A DNA stretch of 64,000 nucleotides from Eledone cirrhosa (GCA_964016885.1 OZ024747.1:92938001-93002000), one strand, 5' to 3'. Positions 1 to 14,052 are shown, numbered from the stretch's first letter. Notes: generated from the letters alone by a model not told the origin. Program-made: numbers and translations.

Positions 1-243
1 CTCTGAAGCACAAGTCTGGGCATGGTGTGTTTAAGGAAGACCAGCAATCACCCATGCATACCAGTCTCTCCTCTCTATGCCACTAAAGTTGTCCAAGGGA
101 AAGGCAATGGCTGAGTGAACTGGAGTAATGTGAAATAAAGTGTCTTGCTCAAGGACACAATGCATCGTGCAGTCCGAGACTCAAACTCACAACCTCTCAG
201 TTGCAAGCCCAATGCTCTAACCACTAAGCCATGTGCCTTCACA
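1..243 (-). mobile_element. tRNA-derived CORE-type SINE, 5' part (runs off the window edge)
   Basis: Minus strand reads GAAGGCACATGGCTTAGTGGTTAGAGC (A box) ... GAGTTTGAGTCTC (B-box-like), then TGTGTCCTTGAGCAAGACACTTTATTTCAC. Head and core match SINE family A at 40514, but the downstream body differs. Confidence 0.75.
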
Positions 244-2818
244 AATTAATATAAAGCATAAAGTTAGATAATTGACATTTCTTAGAAAAGTAACATTACC
301 ATTACATAATCTATATTGTCATAGAATGTGGTAAAAATATTTAGTTAACTCCATTGCTATTAATTACACCAAGAATTACCCAATATCTTTTAATATTAAT
401 TCAATACTATTTGTTTGAGCAAAGCTAAATTCAAAACCTACACAATTATTTGATTGTGATATATATGATTGAAAATATTGATCACAGTTCTATTTGTTTC
501 AAAATTTGCCAACAATTTCAATAATATTTTTGAATTAATCACACAGCCATGTTTAATTAGTTATTCTTTGTCATTTAATACTTATGCTTTATATTTCAAT
601 GACATATAGTCAGTATTTGATACAAATATGATTATTGAATAACATATTAGCTTTCTAAAATTAAATCTCTGCAATCTAATGCCTGCTTTAAGTGCTTCCA
701 GTTCAAGTGGAATGTAATATGTAAACATCGGTGCACATGTGCCCATTTAGTGCACATATGTGTCCATTTAGTGCCATATAAAAACTGATGTTTTATTATT
801 ATACTGAAATATTTCTTAATGATGATGTTCAAAATGAATCCAGCTCCATGGAGCCATTATTTCCTTGCAGTTGATGAAGTCAATTAGCTTTCATAGTACA
901 TCTTTTAAGTGTCTAGCTATGTTTTTAGTTTATAATATGGATTTAGATTGTCTCATTTCAAAATGAAATGATGTAAGACATACAGCATATATACCTTCTG
1001 TGTACTCTTGAAATAATGTATAAACTGCAAGCCTACTTGAATTGTAAAGTCATTCTTATAAAAAATAAATGATTTTATAAGAATAATTATCATTGTCATC
1101 TGTTACCTATCAATTGATTTGGCTGTCATTTTCCCTGAAATATCTATATGAAAATTGTTGCTTGGAACAAATTAAATGTAACTGTAATAAAATATGAACC
1201 ATTTTTATCACATGTCCAAATGGAATCAATCAATCATACCACTCGTTTATATTTTTCCATATTAAAGAATAAATCAATACGCTTGCATATAGTGTTCAAC
1301 CTATAGATAACTATGCTTGCAACTATAACTAAGACAATTGCTAACTTCAGCTTCCTACAATTTTTTGGCACATTATTTAATATTGTTTAAATCATCAAAA
1401 TGAATTTATTTCATTTCCACCAATATCTACCAAAACAAATTAATAATTCACACTGCTAAAATTATTTTTCAATTACCGTTAAAAACACTCATTTACATCA
1501 TTATAAAATTATAATTATTCTACAACTACTCGTATACTCCCTAGGATAGTCATCCCTGAAATACCCAACAGAAAGATGAAAAAAAAAAAAGAAAGAAAAA
1601 AAAGAAATCATTGTTAAAATTAAGACTATATAAAATCTAAATATAATAAAATCTAGTTTAATTGAAAAGAGTTAGGCATGTTTATTTTACACTAATTACA
1701 AAAGAGAATGTTAAATCAATTAAAATTCATTGCAAGATAATTTTATACAGCCAATATTTTTTTGGTACATTAATATATTGTTTCTAGTTTTTTTATTATA
1801 TTAATATATTGATAATAAAAAAAATAATTAGCTGAGTTCTCTTACTTACAATGGTAAAAAAAAAAACAATCTCATCTTTTTATCCAACTGTCATCAATTA
1901 CAATTGGAAAGCTTGAAAATAATTAATAAAATTTATTTGCCAGAAATGTGGCAGAAACAAATACAAAGACCCACTCTTTGATAATATGCCTGTACTACTA
2001 TGTTTTTTTATGTTTTGTAGGTAGGAAACAGCAGTGTCCATGGTTCTATGGTCTTTACAGATACTCAGACTTGTACAATCAATATGGTTGATGTACTCTT
2101 TGCAAAATTCTAACTTGAAAACTACAGGAAAAAACAAGCAAAATGGGAATTCTAGAGGGTCTGCATTTTCAGGGATGGCGGGGGGGGGGGTGATTGGACA
2201 TAGTGGTTAGTGCAGAGCCTGGATACTACTGGATAAGAGACACAATTGGTGGAGATAGCATGAGACCAGGGAGTTTTGAAGAGCAAAAACCACTGCAGTA
2301 TCTGTCGAAAAGACAGAGGGAGAAGGCAGCATGTTTGAAAGCAGAGAGGCTAGAATGTGCTCAGTATTTGTAGCACCACTGAGGGTTTAAACTGTGTTGC
2401 CCATGACTAAGGGAAAGGAGGCTATAAGATTGTTTTCTCAATACCTGCAGTGACTGCATATTTGTGCAGCTGAAGGAGACAAGATTCACACAGGCCAACT
2501 GAATAATGATTCTGAAGTGCCTGTCCATTAAGACAATGTATGTTTAGCATGAGGTCTAGGCCATGATAAAATGCACCCAGTACAAAGTAGTTGGTGTTAG
2601 GAATGGCATCCAGCCATAGAAAAAAACTACTAAAAATGAAAGATGCAAGGGCCAACCATGCTAGCAGGGAAAGTCGACATAAAAATGATAATAATAAAAC
2701 AAAAAGGGAGAGATAGTCTTCTGACCCATCTATAAGGGCATCTGGGAATTCTGAATAAGAACTAAACCTGACTAACGATGTATCCAACTCATGCCAACAT
2801 AGAAAGCTGGCATAGAAA

Positions 2819-2851
<33 letters not shown>

Positions 2852-3089
2852 AAAGGAAGCAAATACTTCATTTCACTGAGTATTTGCTTTTCCTTGTTTG
2901 GTTTATAATTTATCAATTCAATATCCAGACATCCATTCAATATATGTAAATATATTGTTTGAACAATTCCAGCCTAATGATAATTAAATGGATTAGTAAA
3001 AGATGAAAACTATCATAATATAATAGGAGGTGGTAGATAGGGAAATAAAAAATTTAAAAAATGAAAAAAATTTAGTTTAACAAAATTAC

Positions 3090-3284
3090 CTTTTGCACCG
3101 ATAGAGTCAGCAGTACTATATCCCAGTTTTATTAGAGCAGCTGGTACTAATTCACTCATTGGTGTACTACCTGGAAGAATGGCATAGCTATCCATTTCAA
3201 CAGTAGTATGACTGGTACAGCTGTCAAAAGCTGAATTACCAGATATCTGTTCGACAATACAGTGGATTGGTAATGGTTTATCAC
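3090..3284 (-). CDS. dve: Internal coding exon of a SATB/defective proventriculus (dve)-like homeobox gene, N-terminal CMP/ULD domain
   Basis: Acceptor ttacAG (3286-3285), donor GTAATT (3089), 195 nt, phase 1/1. Translates (G)DKPLPIHCIVEQISGNSAFDSCTSHTTVEMDSYAILPGSTPMSELVPAALIKLGYSTADSIGAKG, matching the SATB1/dve pattern LPVxCVVE...L..LGYS...A..AKG as recalled. Confidence 0.85.
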
Positions 3285-4035
3285 CTGTAATATAATTAAT
3301 TGGAAACAATTACATTATCATTTCAGCATAAATATATGAGGGAAAAAAATGGGGAAATAAACATTGAAGATTTTTTTTAACAAACTATTTTTTTTGGGGG
3401 GGGGGGGGAGAAAACAATAAATGTTCAATATATGTGATGTTTTCTTATAAAATAATACAAAACATCTATATTTAACAAAACATAAGGTTAAGTACCATCA
3501 TAACTATGGAATTAAATTTTTATTGTTAAATTATTCCAAGATATGCATACTTGATTAGGTGAATATTATAAAGAATACACAACATTTTCGAATGAGATAA
3601 AGTAGTTAGACAATAAGTTACATCTGCTTTTTTCTGGTACATCAAGATACCGTGCATTTAAACATTAAACATCGTAAAAGCCCATTTAATAAACTAATAT
3701 ATATGTAATTATATATGATATACATAGATGCTGTGTGGCTGTATGATAAATGGTTTCCTTTGGAATCAAACAGTTTTAGGTTTAGAAAATACAGAAATGG
3801 CAAAAAAATTGAAGGTCACTGAAAAATAGATACAATGTAAAACAGTATAAAAAAGATCTTTTAAAGTGATAGAATTTAAGAATAACAGAAATTGCACCAG
3901 TGCTCCCAAAGGTGACAGTGTTCATGAGGTTTGCATATACATTGTTGGCATTTCATGTAGCCAGCATCATATAAATGTTACTGTGATATCTTAAATCAGA
4001 GAGCAATGAATTTTTCATTTGAATACTCCTATCAA

Positions 4036-4057
4036 TCTCTCTCTCTTTCTCTCTCTC

Positions 4058-4115
<58 letters not shown>

Positions 4116-4126
4116 CACACACACAT

Positions 4127-4175
<49 letters not shown>

Positions 4176-4222
4176 CACATACACATATACACACACACAC
4201 ACACACACTCACATATATATAT
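4036..4222. repeat. Compound (CT)n(TA)n(CA)n microsatellite
   Basis: Directly visible. Confidence 0.95.
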
Positions 4223-4623
4223 AAGAAAAGTTAGTGAAGTAATTCAATAATATTAGAACATTTTTCTAGATTTGGTTAAAATATTTGAACCATGCTGGAA
4301 ATATATTTTTGCAAGTCAGAATGTTTATTATCATGGTCTCTTCTTTCGTTTTTTCTTTTGTTATGCTTTTGGATATTCATATTCTTATACCAAAAATATT
4401 GAGATGAAACAATGCCTTCTTTCAGACTGTAACATTTTCCAATGGGTACCAGCTTCTTTTTCTTAATGTCATCCAAAGAGACTGCATAAAGTTTACATAA
4501 ATAAAAAAAAATTCAAATAAAATAAGCAAGGCTGAACAAAGCAACCGTGAACCTCGTTGCTGATGCTGTTGTTACCTTATCCACTGAATGTTAGCAAAAC
4601 TAATATAAAAGTTCATTGATTAA

Positions 4624-4837
4624 CCCTTTATCATTTACATTATTCTATATTTACTATTGTATTTTCACAGTAAAGGCTTTATTTCACATTATTATTTCAC
4701 ATAATATTGAATCTATGAGACTTTGATATTATTTATTTTGAGAATAATACCTTAACATCAGTATGAGTTACAGCTAGTTTGAAGAGAAAAAGGTGAGAGA
4801 ATTCTGGCTAGATACAGCCAGTTTAAATTCTAAAGTG
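4624..4837 (-). mobile_element. MITE family A (piggyBac-type, TTAA target)
   Basis: TTAA|CCCTTTATCATTTA ... TAAATTCTAAAGTG|TTAA, the reverse complement of the 5527 copy. Confidence 0.85.
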
Positions 4838-5097
4838 TTAAGACATTCAATATAATATATTTCTAAATTTCTTTGCTGATAAGTTTTAGATATTACATTC
4901 TATAATTAAAAAAGTAAACATCAACAATTTTTATCCATTTTCTTTTTTACACTGAAAATCTGTTCAGAAATACAAACATATATGGTTATATTGAACTATT
5001 GAAATGTATGCTTTTGATTTGTCACTGATAGCCATATCAGTGTTATAGAGTTTCAAATAATGCTATCCGTTTCCTGATTCATGGTAAATTTGTCTTA

Positions 5098-5365
5098 TAC
5101 TTTTTGCTACCAAACTACCTGAAACTGTTTCTGATTCTATGATACAAAACTGTTAATTTTAAAGTGATTATATTTATCTAAAAATCTTCCAAGATAATTG
5201 TATGTGAGAACCTTTGATAAGTTGTACTCCAGACACCAGTAATAATGAGAAAATTCATAATCTTACTAAATCCCTACACCCACCCCACGAAAATTCCTGA
5301 TTATTTTCAAAATGATTTGAAAATCACAGACAGTGTCTTTCATTAGAAATATGGTAATGAAAGGA
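5098..5365 (+). mobile_element. MITE family B (TTAA target), diverged copy
   Basis: Collinear with copies at 18594, 32987, 33518 and 41362; ends AAAGGA|TTAA. Left boundary approximate. Confidence 0.65.
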
Positions 5366-5526
5366 TTAAGATGGTTTCTGATATTTTCCATATATTTTTC
5401 TGTTGACCCGATGCAAAGCAATTCCATAACCAATGTTTTCTAATCTCATGTATGTTTTGTTAGCTGAGCAACGTAATTAATGTTTGAAGTGAAACTCATG
5501 GTATAAGAATATACTATAGTGATTAA

Positions 5527-5753
5527 CCCTTTAGCATTTAAACCAGCCATATCCAGCCAGAATTCTCTCACCTCATTCTGTTCAAACCAGCTGTAACTGG
5601 CCACTCATACTAATGTTAAGGTATTGTTTTCAAAATAAATAATAACAAAATCTCAAAGATTCGATATTATGTGAGATAATCATGTGAGGTAAAGCCTTTA
5701 CCATGAAAATATAATAGTAAATATAGAGAAATGTAAATGTAAATGCTAAAGGG
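5527..5753 (+). mobile_element. MITE family A, full length (reference copy)
   Basis: TTAA|CCCTTTAGCATTTA ... TAAATGCTAAAGGG|TTAA: perfect 14-bp TIR and TTAA TSD. Confidence 0.92.
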
Positions 5754-5759
5754 TTAAGG

Positions 5760-6190
5760 CTGCATAGTGGAGGTGATTTAGGGAATTGCTACATCTGTCA
5801 GAGACAGTATGAGGTGTGTAAATGATGTGTGATGTAGGACAGCAAAACACTAACATAGTAGGTTCTTTAGTAATTTGTGAGAAATGAGTCAAATATGATT
5901 AGGTGGATGGACAATATGAACAATTAGATACAAGAAATTCAAGGAAGAAGCTAGATATTAAAGGCATAGCTGAGGTATGCAGGAGAATTAATTTATTGTT
6001 ATAGGCATTACATGTCTACGCCATGGTGAATTGATTATGTTTGATGAAAAAGTGATGTGACTTGGTAGAAAAAAAATTATTCTGGTACAAACAGATCAAA
6101 GAAGACTATGCAAAAAAATGAAAATAATTTGAAAAAAATTGAAAACCGATTTAGAGTAGACTAGAAAACATGATATAAGGCAAAACTGAA
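5760..6190 (+). mobile_element. Highly degenerate RTE-type LINE 3' remnant
   Basis: Patchy similarity by eye to the RT C-terminal region at 59353-59790. Confidence 0.35.
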
Positions 6191-6244
6191 GTATGTGTTT
6201 AATAGAATATTAACAACTGCATAGAATAAAATATTTTGGATCTT

Positions 6245-6426
6245 ATATTTTCATGGTAAACACTTTACTTCACATAACTATATCTCACATAATATCGAAT
6301 CTATGAGATTTGGATATTATTTATTTTGAGAACAATACCTTAACATGAGCGGCCAGTTACAGCCAGTTTGAACAGAAAGGTATGAGAGAATTCTGGCTGG
6401 ATACGGCCAGTTTAAATGCTAAAGGA
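6245..6426 (-). mobile_element. MITE family A, one end missing
   Basis: Internal homology; ends TAAATGCTAAAGGA|TTAA. Confidence 0.8.
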
Positions 6427-7058
6427 TTAAGAGAAAAATAAAACTGATAGTTTTGGTTGGTCTTCATAACCTAATGGACAGCCAACCAAGAATTTGGCAG
6501 ATTGTAGTGTGTTCAGAGAAGACTTTTTAATATCAATTCACCTAGTTGTTAATGAGTGAAAAGACTTAGTATTGCAAGAAGTGAAACACTGTGAAAGTGA
6601 ATCACACTACTGAATTCAGATCTTTTTGTAGGCTTCAACCATGAAAGAAGAGCTAACAAGAGAGTTCTACTAATATCACCAATACTCCATAGAGGACTTG
6701 AGAAGGAATAAATGGATGAGTGTAAAAAGATATGTAACTTGAGAGAGTGAAATGAGCACAGGGAAAAGTGGTTATGTTATGGTGAATTGTGTAAGCAGAC
6801 ATCAAGTATAGAGGGTTGATAAAGATATAAAAACAAATATATGGAAAAAAACAAAAACACACAATTACAGGCCTATGACTTTACTTGAATAATTGTATTA
6901 GAGATCAGGGTAAATACTATTAATACAGATAAAAATACAGTAACAAATAAGGAAAACTCTTACCAAAGTGATTAATTTAGACTATCATCTACAAAGAAAT
7001 GTTGTTGCTATTTGCTTATAAAGAACAATGGCTTTTAACATTTTCAATTCTTCATTAA

Positions 7059-7270
7059 CCTTTTAGCATTTAAACCAGCCATATCCGGTCAGAATTCTCT
7101 CACCTCTTTCTGTTTAAACCAGCAATAACTGACTGCTCATACTGATGTTATGGTATTGTTCTCAAAATAAATATCAAAATCATACAGTATTATGTGAGAT
7201 AATTATGTAAGATAAAGCCTTTACCACAAAAATACAATAGTATATATAGAGTAATTTAAATGCTAAAGGG
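7059..7270 (+). mobile_element. MITE family A
   Basis: TTAA|CCTTTTAGCATTTA ... TAAATGCTAAAGGG|TTAA. Confidence 0.9.
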
Positions 7271-9016
7271 TTAAAGAAAAGTTCACTTATTGATATAATG
7301 TAGAACAGTTTTAAATCAAAGTTTTTTCATATTTCCTTCCTTATGGAATAACTTAAAATTTCAGCTCTCTAATAAAAGGATTAAACATTCTATATTTATT
7401 ATATTTAAATACAGCAACAAAAGTCCCAAGAGTTTTCATACTTATGAAGACATTTACTTTTAATATGTATTATCTTTCATTATCATACATATATAAACAC
7501 AATTTGAAGAAGTTAGTAATGAATAAAAGATGAAAGAAATACTTCAACATTTCTCTTATATCCCAGATAAAGAGAGATAAGAGAATTTTCTAAGTTTTAA
7601 TGCATTTTCTATGAATTGGATTTTTTTTTTTTTTATAAAATAGGTTAATTCAATCAAATTAAAATTTAAATTACTTCACATTTTTGGTATTTAATAATAC
7701 AAAGAATGATAAAAAAAAAAAAAAAAATAGTATACATATTTGATCAGAAACAATTTGAGGCTGATTTGTATATCATTTGTGCAGTAATAATTAAAATAAA
7801 GAACAGAAAAATGTAATTATATCAAGGTTATCACTTGTTTGGAAATGGCATAGCAACTTGCAATAGTAATTTAGTAGCATTAACGTTTGTGTAAATTCGA
7901 GATTAGTTTTATTTTTAAACAACCTTAAAATCCGCATCAGTCATCAATTGTTTATGAATAGTAGTTTCTGTTCTGTCAAATATTGACATTTAATCAGTGA
8001 CCAAAACTTTCAAATCTGTGTCAAATGAGAAACAAAGTCCTAGACTTAAACAGGATCAGAGTGCGAAAGTATTTGAAAATGTTGCAGATTAGATAGCATA
8101 ATTGAGGTATTAAGGAGACATTTTTGCAAGAGCCTCATTTACTGGGGATCTGTTGGGATTTTTTAGCCGTAAGCTGTTGAAAGATACAAGGTATAAAATT
8201 CAATATGGCTCTTCATTTCAGTTTTGTAAGCAATGATAATTTTACCAAGATGCTTGTGAGCACAAATACTGCAGCTAGCATAATGTCAAGATGATAATTT
8301 AGATGTTATCCTGTCAGACGCCTAACACATAAAATTGAACAGAAAGTTATAGATAAATATAACAATTCTTTCCTTGTTGCAGCAATAACACTGCCATCTA
8401 TTCTATCATCATTGATTCATAATTTTTCTATGTAAATCTAATCATAGAAAATGTAAGCAATAAATAAAAGAATAAAGGAGAAAAATGATAGAAGCAATAT
8501 AAAAAACAACAACATTTGTAACTGGAATTAGATGTGATCACTTTACTACGAGGAAGAGAAAGAGAGAAAATATAACAATGATAACAAATGCTAAAGTTTC
8601 TAAGATAAAAACCAAAAATCTAAATAGAAATTTAATACTTAACATTGAAAATACACTGGAAGAAAGCTTTCCAAATCAGGGAAATGTAAAAATTCCTTAA
8701 TATTTAAACATAAGAACTAAAGAATGTAAGAGGGGAAAATAATATACAAAAACTAAATTTTTTTAAAAATCGCTAAAAAATATTTGCTTTTTCTGACTTA
8801 CACAATGTGCTATAATAGCATTCTTATGCCATATCCTACATTCTTGGACATTTTTCATTTTCAGGAAATAAACCCCTCCTTTTTGGGTTTTTTTTTGTTT
8901 TACTATAATGATGTTAGTAGCATCATCTATTGGCATGTGTGCTATCTATGGTTGTCTTAAATATTATTCTACCTCAGTGTAGGCCCTGTATAGCAGCAGC
9001 AGGTGATAATACAAAA

Positions 9017-9087
9017 TAACCACCACTACTGCTACTACTATTACTACCACTACCACCATCACTATCACCACTACTACCACCACCACC

Positions 9088-9125
<38 letters not shown>

Positions 9126-9126
9126 A
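9017..9126. repeat. (ACC/ACT)n trinucleotide repeat
   Basis: Directly visible; source of the poly-Val ORF. Confidence 0.9.
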
Positions 9127-9308
9127 ATGACAATTTCTTTTTTATTGTGTGCACAACCCATTGTTGAGTATTTCTTAATTCTTTGTGACAATTATAAGCT
9201 AGATTCAGTTGGAGACACTGCCAGTGGTTCTTGTCCATATAGATGACTTGTTAAAATCCTCAAATCTGTATTTTGAGAATCTTTAAAGCAATTCTTGTAG
9301 AGCCAGAC

Positions 9309-10796
9309 TGGTCAATAATATAGGCCTCCTAATACATGGTCAATGATATATAGGCCTCCTAATACTTGGTCAATGATATATAGGCCTCCTAATACATGGT
9401 CAATAATATATAGGCCTCCTAATACATGGTCAATGATATATAGGCCTCCTAATACATGGTCAATGATATATAGGCCTCCTAATACATGGTCAATGATATA
9501 TAGGCCTCCTAATACATGGTCAATAATATAGGCCTCCTAATACATGGTCAATAATATAGGCCTCCTAATACATGGTCAATAATATATAGGCCTCCTAATA
9601 CATGGTCAATGATATATAGGCCTCCTAATACTTGGTCAATAATATATAGGCCTCCTAATACATGGTCAATGATATAGGCCTCCTAATACATGGTCAATGA
9701 TATATAGGCCTCCTAATACATGGTCAATGATATAGGCCTCCTAATACATGGTCAATGATATATAGGCCTCCTAATACATGGTCAATGATATATAGGCCTC
9801 CTAATACATGGTCAATAATATATAGGCCTCCTAATACATGGTCAATGATATATAGGCCTCCTAATACATGGTCAATAATATATAGGCCTCCTAATACATG
9901 GTCAATGATATATAGGCCTCCTAATACATGGTCAATGATATAGGCCTCCTAATACATGGTCAATGATATATAGGCCTCCTAATACATGGTCAATGATATA
10001 GGCCTCCTAATACATGGTCAATGATATATAGGCCTCCTAATACATGGTCAATGATATAGGCCTCCTAATACATGGTCAATGATATATAGGCCTCCTAATA
10101 CATGGTCAATGATATAGGCCTCCTAATACATGGTCAATGATATATAGGCCTCCTAATACATGGTCAATGATATATAGGCCTCCTAATACATGGTCAATGA
10201 TATATAGGCCTCCTAATACATGGTCAATAATATAGGCCTCCTAATACATGGTCAATAATATAGGCCTCCTAATACATGGTCAATAATATAGGCCTCCTAA
10301 TACATGGTCAATAATATAGGCCTCCTAATACATGGTCAATAATATAGGCCTCCTAATACATGGTCAATGATATAGGCCTCCTAATACATGGTCAATGATA
10401 TATAGGCCTCCTAATACATGGTCAATGATATATAGGCCTCCTAATACATGGTCAATGATATATAGGCCTCCTAATACATGGTCAATAATATAGGCCTCCT
10501 AATACATGGTCAATAATATAGGCCTCCTAATACTTGGTCAATGATATAGGCCTCCTAATACATGGTCAATGATATATAGGCCTCCTAATACATGGTCAAT
10601 AATATAGGCTTCCTAATACATGGTCAATAATATATAGGCTTCCTAATACATGGTCAATGATATATAGGCCTCCTAATACATGGTCAATGATATAGGCCTC
10701 CTAATACTTGGTCAATGATATAGGCCTCCTAATACATGGTCAATGATATATAGGCCTCCTAATACATGGTCAATGATATAGGCCTCCTAATACATG
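9309..10796. repeat. Minisatellite, 30/28-bp unit GGTCAATGATATA(TA)GGCCTCCTAATACAT, about 50 copies
   Basis: Near-identical head-to-tail units. Variants differ mainly by one TA dinucleotide and a G/A site. No spacers. Confidence 0.97.
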
Positions 10797-12559
10797 CAAC
10801 TAGACTGTTGGGAACATGTAGAGTGTTGTTCCAGTTTCATGATATATTCATGTTAAAGATCCACATTATGCATTGTTAGCCTTGTATGTCTTCAGTTGTT
10901 TTAGTTGTTTAGCCCCAGGACAGTTTGACTGGAAAAACATATGATCAAAGGTGCTCCAGCCAAGGCTATCCATTATATAACCATGACTTACCTTGAATAA
11001 AGAAAAACATACTGGACAGAGTGTGGTTTTAGAATCATTTGGCTGCTATTTTTTGCAGGTCAAGCAACCACATTGTGGCTTCCTCATTGGATTTTATACA
11101 CCCAAAGTTTGGAGGGAGGCAGAAATTCTTGAAATTTTATGCAGTCTCCCTTGTAAACATCAGGTTGTCCTGCAACCACATTGTTAAGGAAATATCATCT
11201 GAAATTGGGCCATTTTCATTCTTCTAAGGAGCAAAGTTAATAGAAAGGATAGTTAGAGAGTAAAACATTTTAGTGATGTTTGGGGTCAAGAGTGAAGCTA
11301 GACATCCTTAAAAATTCAGTGAATTTGTAGACAGTTGCAAACACCAGTAAACAGCATTTCATTGATGAACTTCTGGGGAGCTTTAGATTTTTCTAAGAGG
11401 ATGCATATTAATAGTTATCAATCCAAGCAATACTTTATCAGCATGTAGTAGTAAATGCATGAAGATAAAGTTAAAGAGAACTCAATAAAGTAGGTACACT
11501 ACTAAAGAATACTTCTGTTGGATAAATACATTTGCAGGTAGAAGACTGGCTTGCTGACAATTAATTAACCATACATAATTCATAGGTCAATAAAGAGTAG
11601 AGGCTTATGTTTTGCTCACAAAACTTGTCTTACTGCATAAATCATGTTTACAGTGTTGCGACCATGACAAAAATCAATCTTTGACTTGGAAATATTCCTT
11701 TCTATAACTATATCATAATCAGTTTGTGGTGCACACAAGGATTTTTTCCAGCTTCAAAACTAAATGATATAGCCATAATGCAAGGCACTTTAACCTTAGC
11801 ACAGATTCATACCTTCGATACAACCATTTCAAAATATAGCTATTATTTTTTTTTTTTTTTTATTTTGTTTAAATTCAAGCAGATATAAACACAAAATTCA
11901 ATCATCATCAGCACCAATTAAGTAACAAATATGTTCAAATCAATTATTGAAGACAAGATTTATGTTAATGGAATGATCTGCCTAGACATGCATATATGCA
12001 TGATGCAGTCAGTCTGCTTGAAATATCATTACATTACAACTGCTCACTCTACATAAGTAGTATTAAATTTTCATCAACATCTTTCCATATTAAGAAGCAG
12101 TTTCATATTGATAATGGACTGTGGAAGTTGTGCCCGAATTGTTTTAGTTTTAATCATATTACATCATAATTTTGTTGCTTCAACTCCACTACATAAGCTA
12201 CCACATATTTACCACATTATTCTCAATGCTGTTAATTGAACTTTATATTCAGAAGAGCTGTTAAAATTAGAAATACAAACTAGGTTGTTGTTTTTTTAAT
12301 TTAAAATATGTCATTGAATGAAACCAGCTGAGAGTTTGCAGTAGATATGCCTTTAGAGGTGTTGCACTATATTTATGTATAAGACACACAGCTTTCAAGG
12401 ATCTAGTCCACTAGCTGTAAGAAATCACAATGAAGTGGTATACCTTCTGTATGAAGTGACAATAGTTTCATTGGTTTGAAATGCCAAGTTCAATTAATTG
12501 TATTTATTTGACCAGAAAGAAATCCCTTCTGTGCTATGGCAGTAGTCATGGCTATTAAT

Positions 12560-13170
12560 CCAGAGACATGGGAATGAAAGAGGTTTCTATTTTTAAGAAT
12601 AATTAGCAAAAACTGATTAGATTAGATATTTAGTAGCAAGACATCAGATGTGTTAGATGCACAGTTCATGGTTGAAGTTCATATGAAATGATTCAACGAA
12701 TTGTTAAGATGGTTCATTAGATGTAGATGATAATTTGTTAGCTCGGTTTTAGTGGAGGCAGTTGCAATGAAAACATAATTGCCAATGTAAACCAAAAAAT
12801 TACGGTTGTGGAAACGTTTGGCCAACTGACAAAAAATAGCTTCTCTTTTCATGTGAATGTGTACAAAGTGTGATGCGACATGGGTATTTAATGTGGAAGA
12901 AATGCAGAGACTTAAGATGAACTGTAAAGGTAGCTGAGCATGAAAGATATCAGCTGAAGGAAAGATGGATAGGAGAGATAGTTGCACTAGTATGGACATG
13001 TAATACAAATGGTTAATGGGTATAGGGTAAAAAAGTGATTTGTGCTATTGATAGAGGGGGAGGGATTCAAAGAAGAGAAATACTCAGAAGGCATGAACAA
13101 ATGTAGTAGGATCTGAGTTTAGGACACTGGGGGTCATGGAATAGATAAAAGATTAAAACAAGATGTGATA
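12560..13170 (+). mobile_element. Degenerate RTE-type LINE remnant
   Basis: Weak similarity by eye to the RT C-terminal region at 59353-59790; many stops. Boundaries approximate. Confidence 0.3.
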
Positions 13171-13358
13171 TATTTTAGGGTAGACCTATACATTAAACTG
13201 TGTAATATTTAAAAATTGAAAACAAATAAAATAATCAGAACAAACATACTGTACGAGACAATAAAAAATATCCCAATTTATGTTTTCCATGTGTATGTGT
13301 GTATATATATATATAATTTAGAAAACATATAAATACAACTGTTTTACAAAAACAGTTG

Positions 13359-13409
13359 GGTTTCCTGATGATTTCTTTTGAATGAAACAGTTCTAGTCCT
13401 GTAGAAGCC
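13359..13409 (+). ncRNA. Type I hammerhead ribozyme (PLE-type) in a short island between TA tracts
   Basis: Stem I GGTTTC/GAAGCC; core CTGATGA; stem II TTC-tttt-GAA (U-U mismatch at base); GAAA; stem III ACAG-ttctagtc-CTGT; cleavage triplet GUA. Confidence 0.7.
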
Positions 13410-14052
13410 ATTTCTATATTAAACATTATATATATATATATATAATAAAAGGAAAACAAGCCATGAAGTTAACTTTTTCTCATATAATTATTTAAAAAAT
13501 AAATAATGATTGACAATAATACATATTTATGAAGCAATACTTAGTAGTTGATCATTTGTAGATCTTTGATGTTATAATGATCTATTTAGTTTTACTTAAA
13601 GAAATTCTGAATGAATTTACTAATAATTTGTCTATACAAACAAAAAAAAAACAAAAGACAAAAATAGAATATGACTAATTTTACATAAATAAAAAAAATT
13701 AAGAGAAAAATGACATGAATAAAAATAAAAACAGTGAAAATATATTTGACATTTAGATTAATATAGTAAATCTAATGAGAATGGAATGAATACAATTTTA
13801 AGACAATGTTTTCTATTAAGATAAAGCACAATGGTTATGCACATTTAAATAATTGCATGTCTCTTCATAACTCAATACTTTTGTTGTTTCTAACCACTTA
13901 ACACACAGTAAGAACAGTTTATCAGTTAGATAATAATATCTGAGTGAGGGTTTGAACTTATATTTACATACAGGCACACAAACATACACACTTTGGATGT
14001 GTAACTGTGCATTTGTAAGTATAATAGTTATCTGTAACAAAGAAATGCAATG

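Noticed and set aside
647-832. 61-aa ORF as the next dve exon
   Set aside because: Lacks the expected continuation of the CMP domain and good splice sites; contains only a short local duplication.
9309-10796. CRISPR-like array or MIYRPPNTWS repeat protein
   Set aside because: No unique spacers, no cas genes and a eukaryotic context; 28-bp units break the frame.
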